The translations under genes were made by a program, and so were the position numbers. Shown here piece after piece: positions 59,488 to 64,000 of a stretch of DNA of 64,000 nucleotides (position 1 is the stretch's first letter; every line of letters begins with the position of its first letter). The notes beneath the pieces are model-generated. The model saw nothing but the letters and a program-made list of their open reading frames with translations. It searched no databases and was not told the origin of the DNA. Source of the DNA: an uncultured virus (IMG/VR IMGVR_UViG_3300028048_000125) (Duplodnaviria > Heunggongvirae > Uroviricota > Caudoviricetes); IMG/VR virus record IMGVR_UViG_3300028048_000125; one strand, written 5' to 3'.

Positions 59488-60421
59488 TCATATCCATCCC
59501 AAGGAATCTATCCGCCGGCATGATCTCTGTGAACTTGAAAGCTTTCATGGATTCCAGATCAGAGAAGACTCTGGCAAGCCTAATCATATGAAGGATGCTG
59601 CTTCCGTTATGCGAATACCGGCTAAGCAACGCCTCATATTCGTCAACTTTCGGCAAATCTTTGTATGCACGCTCGGCTGAAAGCTTATCTCTGTCGTCCA
59701 GCAGATCATAATTGAACTGCGAGTTGAAGAAGCGTTGATAAGTCAGCTCGATTGCCACAGCTTCCGTTACTTTGACTCCTGGTGGTACGTCATAACTTGT
59801 ATCGCCCCAACAGATATTACCGCTGTCAAAGATATTCGGGAAAGGCAGATGACATACCTTGGTCTTCTCAAGGTCGTTCATATGTTCAGGTACTGCCACC
59901 ATCATTACCTGATCAGGTACATTGGCAGCTGTAAGCTGAACCCTGAGCCACATGCGAGGATGATAAATATGCAACCTCTGATCAACACCCTGGAGATCCA
60001 TCTCGAACTGGGTAGGTGGGATCTCCACAGTGATATCTTTGGCTCCGGCATCCAGTACACACCACCGAATGAGTGGATACTTCAGATTCGGTGTAATGGC
60101 GATCTTCTGACCTTGCAGCAGTCTCTCGGCAAACGCATCAAAGAAGACATCTTGAATGTCTTTGATGTGATAGCGTGCAACGTTATCACCCAGAATGCGC
60201 AACACCTGCTCTTTGGTTGAGTCTTTAATGACCGTGATATGTTCTTTGTCTCCCTTCAGCGTTGGTACCACTCGCGTGATAAATTCATCCACTGTCATCT
60301 CTTCCAGAGAATCAAAGTGAACGGCCGTAACGACGCCTCCATGCTGATGGAACAGATCGGACTGTCTATCTACAAGGTGCATAAGACCTGTAGGAAACGT
60401 GCTGTCAATGTCACCGATCAT
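59480..60421 (-). CDS. prokaryotic E2 (UBC-like) protein
   Basis: LPFPNIFDSGNICWG with active-site-like Cys; FFNSQFN. Confidence 0.75.
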   Translation of the reverse strand: MIGDIDSTFPTGLMHLVDRQSDLFHQHGGVVTAVHFDSLEEMTVDEFITRVVPTLKGDKEHITVIKDSTKEQVLRILGDNVARYHIKDIQDVFFDAFAERLLQGQKIAITPNLKYPLIRWCVLDAGAKDITVEIPPTQFEMDLQGVDQRLHIYHPRMWLRVQLTAANVPDQVMMVAVPEHMNDLEKTKVCHLPFPNIFDSGNICWGDTSYDVPPGVKVTEAVAIELTYQRFFNSQFNYDLLDDRDKLSAERAYKDLPKVDEYEALLSRYSHNGSSILHMIRLARVFSDLESMKAFKFTEIMPADRFLGMDMND

Positions 60422-62369
60422 TTAGTAGTTCCTTAAATTGTTGTTCGTTTATGATTTTGATCCCTAGCCTTTCGGCTTTGGAACGCTTGGACCCGCCACC
60501 CTCGCCAGCCAGCAAATAAGAAGTTGAAGATGAAACCGATGACACAAACTTGCCACCGTGATCTTCTATCAGCTTCTTAATCTGATCCCTGCTCTGCGAA
60601 AGTGTCCCAGTAATGCAAAATGACAGACCTGTGAGTTTTTCGCTGACAAGCTCAGTCTTCACCTGCTCCATACAAAGACCCAGCAATGACAGATCATTGA
60701 TTAGGGTTGCTTTATGTGGACTGTGAATACTGATAAAGATGGAACGAGCTGTGATCTCGGCAAAGCCTTCAATCTCTGCAATCTCAGGAATAGAAGCTTT
60801 TAGCAACGGAAGCATAGACCCGAAATGCTTTGCTACGATCCTTGCATTGGTTGTACCTATGCCATCGATACCTATTGCGCACAGAACACGGTCGAAAGGC
60901 TTCTGCTTCGACTTTTCGATCTCAGCGAGCACAGAGTCTGCTTTCAGATCTTTGCTAATACCAGGAAGCTGGAGATCTTCCTTTGTTAGCTTGTACAGAT
61001 CCGCCGGGGAATGCAGCTTACCCTTCACGATAAGCGCATGGATCATGGCGTCAGCCATGCCCCGTATGTCCATACACTGCCTGCTTACGAAATAGCAGAT
61101 CTCTGCCTGCAGCTTCGCAACACAGTCGTCATTAGGACACAGCAATGCGGCCCCATCACGAACAAGCGCAGCTCCACACTCTGGACAAAGCCCCGGTATT
61201 GGAACCTCGGCACCACCCATTGACTCAACGACATGGTCGAGTTGAGGGATAATCTCTGCTGCCTTATAGACAGCCACCATATCGCCGAGCTTAAGATCCA
61301 TCTCTTTGATGTAGTCGATGTTATGCAGACTGGCATGGGTCACAGTCGATCCGCACAGACCAACCGGATCCAAGACAGCCACAGGTGTCAGTGTGCCTTT
61401 ACGTCCGACTTGCCAAACGACATCCTTCAGCTCTGTAACAGCTTCTACCGGTGTAAATTTGAAGGCAATGGACCATTTAGGATCATGTACACCCTCACCC
61501 AGCTCCAGCCGTTTGGCTCTGTCGTCTGTCTTGATAACAGCCCCATCAATTGCATACGGGATGTTTGCTTCATCAGACTTCAGGGACATGATCACATAAT
61601 ATGCGAACTCACCCGGATCGGCCATACGATTGGACACAAAGTTCATCTGTGGCGTCAGGAACCCATTCTCCTGCAGTATGTTGAGCATATTGCACTCTGT
61701 ACCTGTGTTCAGCCCTGGAATATCATACGCATAGAATGTGAGCCGTCTGCAGCGCGTGACTCTGGGATCTTTGTTTCTAACGCCGCCTGCTGCGGCGTTA
61801 CGCGGATTGGCGAACAGTGGTGCTCCTGTAACCTGGCGTTCGAGATTCAGCGTCTCGAACTCATGCTTATGGATAACCACCTCGCCACGAACGATCAGTT
61901 TTTCCTCTTTGATTTTCACCGGGATGGACTTGATCATCAACGCATTCTGCGTAACATCTTCGCCAACATCCCCATTGCCACGAGTCGCTGCCCGAACCAG
62001 CATATGGTTCTCATAGAACAGGACCAATGTTAAGCCGTCCAGTTTAGGCTGTACGACATAACCTTCACCAGCTAACGCCAGCGTCCGGTCCACGAAACGA
62101 TGAACCTCGTCAGCCGTAAACGCATTTGCCAGTGACAGCATCCGTTGCGGAAATGGAACCTTGTCAAAGCTGCTTACCGGATGACCTCCTACACGAGAAG
62201 TCGGGCTGCTCGGCAGCTTGATCGATGGATCCGCTTCTTCCATCTCTTTGAGCCTCCGCACAATTGCATCATAGTCTGCATCGGACATGATGGGTGCGTC
62301 GAGCTCATGATAGGCCCTCTCGGCTTCGAGTGCCTTACTTAGCAGTGCCTTGTAGCTGTCTTGCTGCAT
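60411..62369 (-). CDS. ligA: NAD-dependent DNA ligase
   Basis: SDADYD, MLSL, KLDG, TRGNG..GEDVT, RGE, ANPRNAAAG, DG.VIK, HhH, Zn finger, BRCT. Confidence 0.96.
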   Translation of the reverse strand: MQQDSYKALLSKALEAERAYHELDAPIMSDADYDAIVRRLKEMEEADPSIKLPSSPTSRVGGHPVSSFDKVPFPQRMLSLANAFTADEVHRFVDRTLALAGEGYVVQPKLDGLTLVLFYENHMLVRAATRGNGDVGEDVTQNALMIKSIPVKIKEEKLIVRGEVVIHKHEFETLNLERQVTGAPLFANPRNAAAGGVRNKDPRVTRCRRLTFYAYDIPGLNTGTECNMLNILQENGFLTPQMNFVSNRMADPGEFAYYVIMSLKSDEANIPYAIDGAVIKTDDRAKRLELGEGVHDPKWSIAFKFTPVEAVTELKDVVWQVGRKGTLTPVAVLDPVGLCGSTVTHASLHNIDYIKEMDLKLGDMVAVYKAAEIIPQLDHVVESMGGAEVPIPGLCPECGAALVRDGAALLCPNDDCVAKLQAEICYFVSRQCMDIRGMADAMIHALIVKGKLHSPADLYKLTKEDLQLPGISKDLKADSVLAEIEKSKQKPFDRVLCAIGIDGIGTTNARIVAKHFGSMLPLLKASIPEIAEIEGFAEITARSIFISIHSPHKATLINDLSLLGLCMEQVKTELVSEKLTGLSFCITGTLSQSRDQIKKLIEDHGGKFVSSVSSSTSYLLAGEGGGSKRSKAERLGIKIINEQQFKELLNDR

Positions 62370-62400
62370 CGAAATGAATCTCCAGCGGTTTGAAATACTT
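62335..62400 (-). CDS. putative exon 2 of an unidentified gene split by intron 2
   Basis: KYFKPLEIHFDAARQLQGTAK* continues the only open frame (GNDPVIQD) at the window end. Confidence 0.55.
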   Translation of the reverse strand, partial: KYFKPLEIHFDAARQLQGTAK

Positions 62401-62453
62401 CTGTCATGATTATATACCAGGCGCTGCCTGGAGCCAATCTTCCTGCTTCAACT

Positions 62454-63572
62454 TCAGCGAGTACTCGCTGAATCCACAGGCACTTCGGGCCTGACCGGCC
62501 CTGCATTCTTCAAATTGATTGCGGCATTGAGATCGCGGTCGATGACCGCTCCACAATGCTCGCATTTATACACACGTTCACTTAAATCGATATGTGGTTT
62601 CACAGCACCACAGGAAGAGCACCTTTTGGTTGATGGGAAGAACCTATCAACCTTATGGTATTCAAGTGCCTTGTATTTGAGCTGCTGTAGGATCATTCCC
62701 ATCATTGAGGCATTAAAGGATCGTCGTAATGACTTGAATTGCGCTTTATCCTTCATTTCCTGTATGTGCAGATCCTCTGTTACAACAATCCCGTGGCTTT
62801 TGGTGATCGCTGTGGTGAACTTATGTGTCACATCCTTACGGATGTTATTAATCTTGTTTTGAATACGCTGTTTCTTGAGAAGAGCTTTGGCTCTGTTGTT
62901 GGAGCCTCTTTTCTTCCTATTGATAGCTTGTTGAGCCTTCTTGAGCTTGGCATCAAGCTTTTTGAGGCTTTCAGGAGCATCGCAAATGGTGCCATCAGAT
63001 GCAACCGCCACATGTTTCAATCCGACATCTATGCCAACTGCAGAGTTCAGATTATTTGTCTGCGGCAGCGGATCTGGAAGCTCATATTGTATGGAGACAT
63101 GCCACTGACCAGCATAATGACTGACAGTGTAACTTGTTATCTTGCCTTCAAATCTAGGGCGTTCAGCAAGTCTCACTCTGCCTATATTTGGAAGGGATAT
63201 TCTGTCTCCATATATTCTAGCTTTGTCATTAGCAACTGTAAAGCTATCCTTTCTACCTTTCTTGTGGAATGTAGGATACTTTCCAGTGCCTCTCCAAAGA
63301 TTTTGAAATGCTTCGCCAAGATTCTTTATGGCGTTCTGTTGTGGACTACATGCTATTTCATGCGCCCACTCTGGCTTTGCTGCTGTCCATATATTGGATA
63401 ATATACTAAAGGATGGTTTCTGCTTAGAGTGATCTTCCATCCAATCAGAATACATGGACTTCCACTTATCCAGTGCCCAGTTATACACGTATCGTGCGGT
63501 GCCTGCTGTCTTTTTCAGCATCACCTCTTGCTCCTTTGTAGGATACATGCGTATTAGATGGGCTCTATGCAT
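62454..63572 (-). CDS. tnpB: TnpB RNA-guided endonuclease
   Basis: RMYPT; GIDVG, VTEDL, DRDLNAAIN; CSSCG/CEHCG. Confidence 0.94.
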   Translation of the reverse strand: MHRAHLIRMYPTKEQEVMLKKTAGTARYVYNWALDKWKSMYSDWMEDHSKQKPSFSILSNIWTAAKPEWAHEIACSPQQNAIKNLGEAFQNLWRGTGKYPTFHKKGRKDSFTVANDKARIYGDRISLPNIGRVRLAERPRFEGKITSYTVSHYAGQWHVSIQYELPDPLPQTNNLNSAVGIDVGLKHVAVASDGTICDAPESLKKLDAKLKKAQQAINRKKRGSNNRAKALLKKQRIQNKINNIRKDVTHKFTTAITKSHGIVVTEDLHIQEMKDKAQFKSLRRSFNASMMGMILQQLKYKALEYHKVDRFFPSTKRCSSCGAVKPHIDLSERVYKCEHCGAVIDRDLNAAINLKNAGPVRPEVPVDSASTR

Positions 63573-63669
63573 TTCTTTTATACCTTTGGTAGAATTTCGG
63601 ACTATATTGTCCTTATTTACTATAGCATCATCGTCAAAACAAGATTTGAAGAATGACTTAGATTGGTTG

Positions 63670-63975
63670 TATAACCATGGTTCTGTTCAACAGGTATCGC
63701 TACTACCTGCCAGGTTTCCAGTTGTCAAGCTGGACCACTCCCATGCTTTCGCATGGGCACTGACTATATCATTTACCTATTCCTAGGTAAGAGCACTTCC
63801 CCTTTCCAATAGCTTGATCGGGTACTCCTGTTAAGGATAGTCGATGAACCTTCTTTGCGGCGGGTTTCTCTCGCTGCAAAGCTCGGCTTAGGATTAGCAT
63901 GCACTGCTGTGTTTAGCCTTCCCTAAATTAACTTTCTTGTTCGATAAGGATTACTCCTTAAAGGGACTCTTACGA
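63670..63975 (-). ncRNA. group I intron ribozyme core, copy 2
   Basis: P AATTTAGGGAAG, Q AATCCTAAGC, R GTTCATCGACTA, S GATATAGTC. Confidence 0.88.
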
Positions 63976-64000
63976 ATCCTGAATCACGGGGTCATTCCCA

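Larger units (their letters stand above)
62401..63975 (-). mobile_element. second group I intron carrying tnpB (IStron-like)
   Basis: P1 GGAT|TC-GTAA-GAGTCC with U.G at the splice site; core homologous to copy 1; ends TCATGACAG versus TCATGCCAG in copy 1. Confidence 0.82.

Noticed and set aside
1..64000. Alternative genetic code or tRNA genes
   Set aside because: Known genes are full length in code 11 using all three stops; no cloverleaf recognised by eye (tRNAscan not run)

Overview
A 64 kb, gene-dense segment in the standard genetic code, almost entirely on the minus strand. It looks like part of a large (probably jumbo) dsDNA phage of an anaerobic bacterium. The host may be Lentisphaerota/PVC-like, inferred from the AIDA-type repeat proteins and a PEP-CTERM-like protein. 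Recognisable genes are nrdD (with a LAGLIDADG intein) and nrdG, thyX, dut, nadA, nadD, ligA, a phosphoesterase-fused ATP ligase, a Pnkp-RNA ligase fusion, Rnl2, a nucleotidyltransferase, an RlmN-like radical SAM enzyme, patatin, an HNH endonuclease, RusA and a sigma70 factor. Highlights: (1) two related group I introns, each carrying an intact TnpB but no TnpA (IStron-like RNA-guided homing introns); one splits nadA exactly in its third Cys motif; (2) an E2-JAB-E1-Ubl-Ubl ubiquitin-like conjugation operon; (3) a stand-alone TnpB derivative lacking RuvC; (4) a repeated 28-bp promoter-like motif, each copy followed by a hairpin; (5) two expanded families of small paralogous proteins and a repeat-shuffled adhesin. 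All calls come from reading motifs by eye; no database searches were run.
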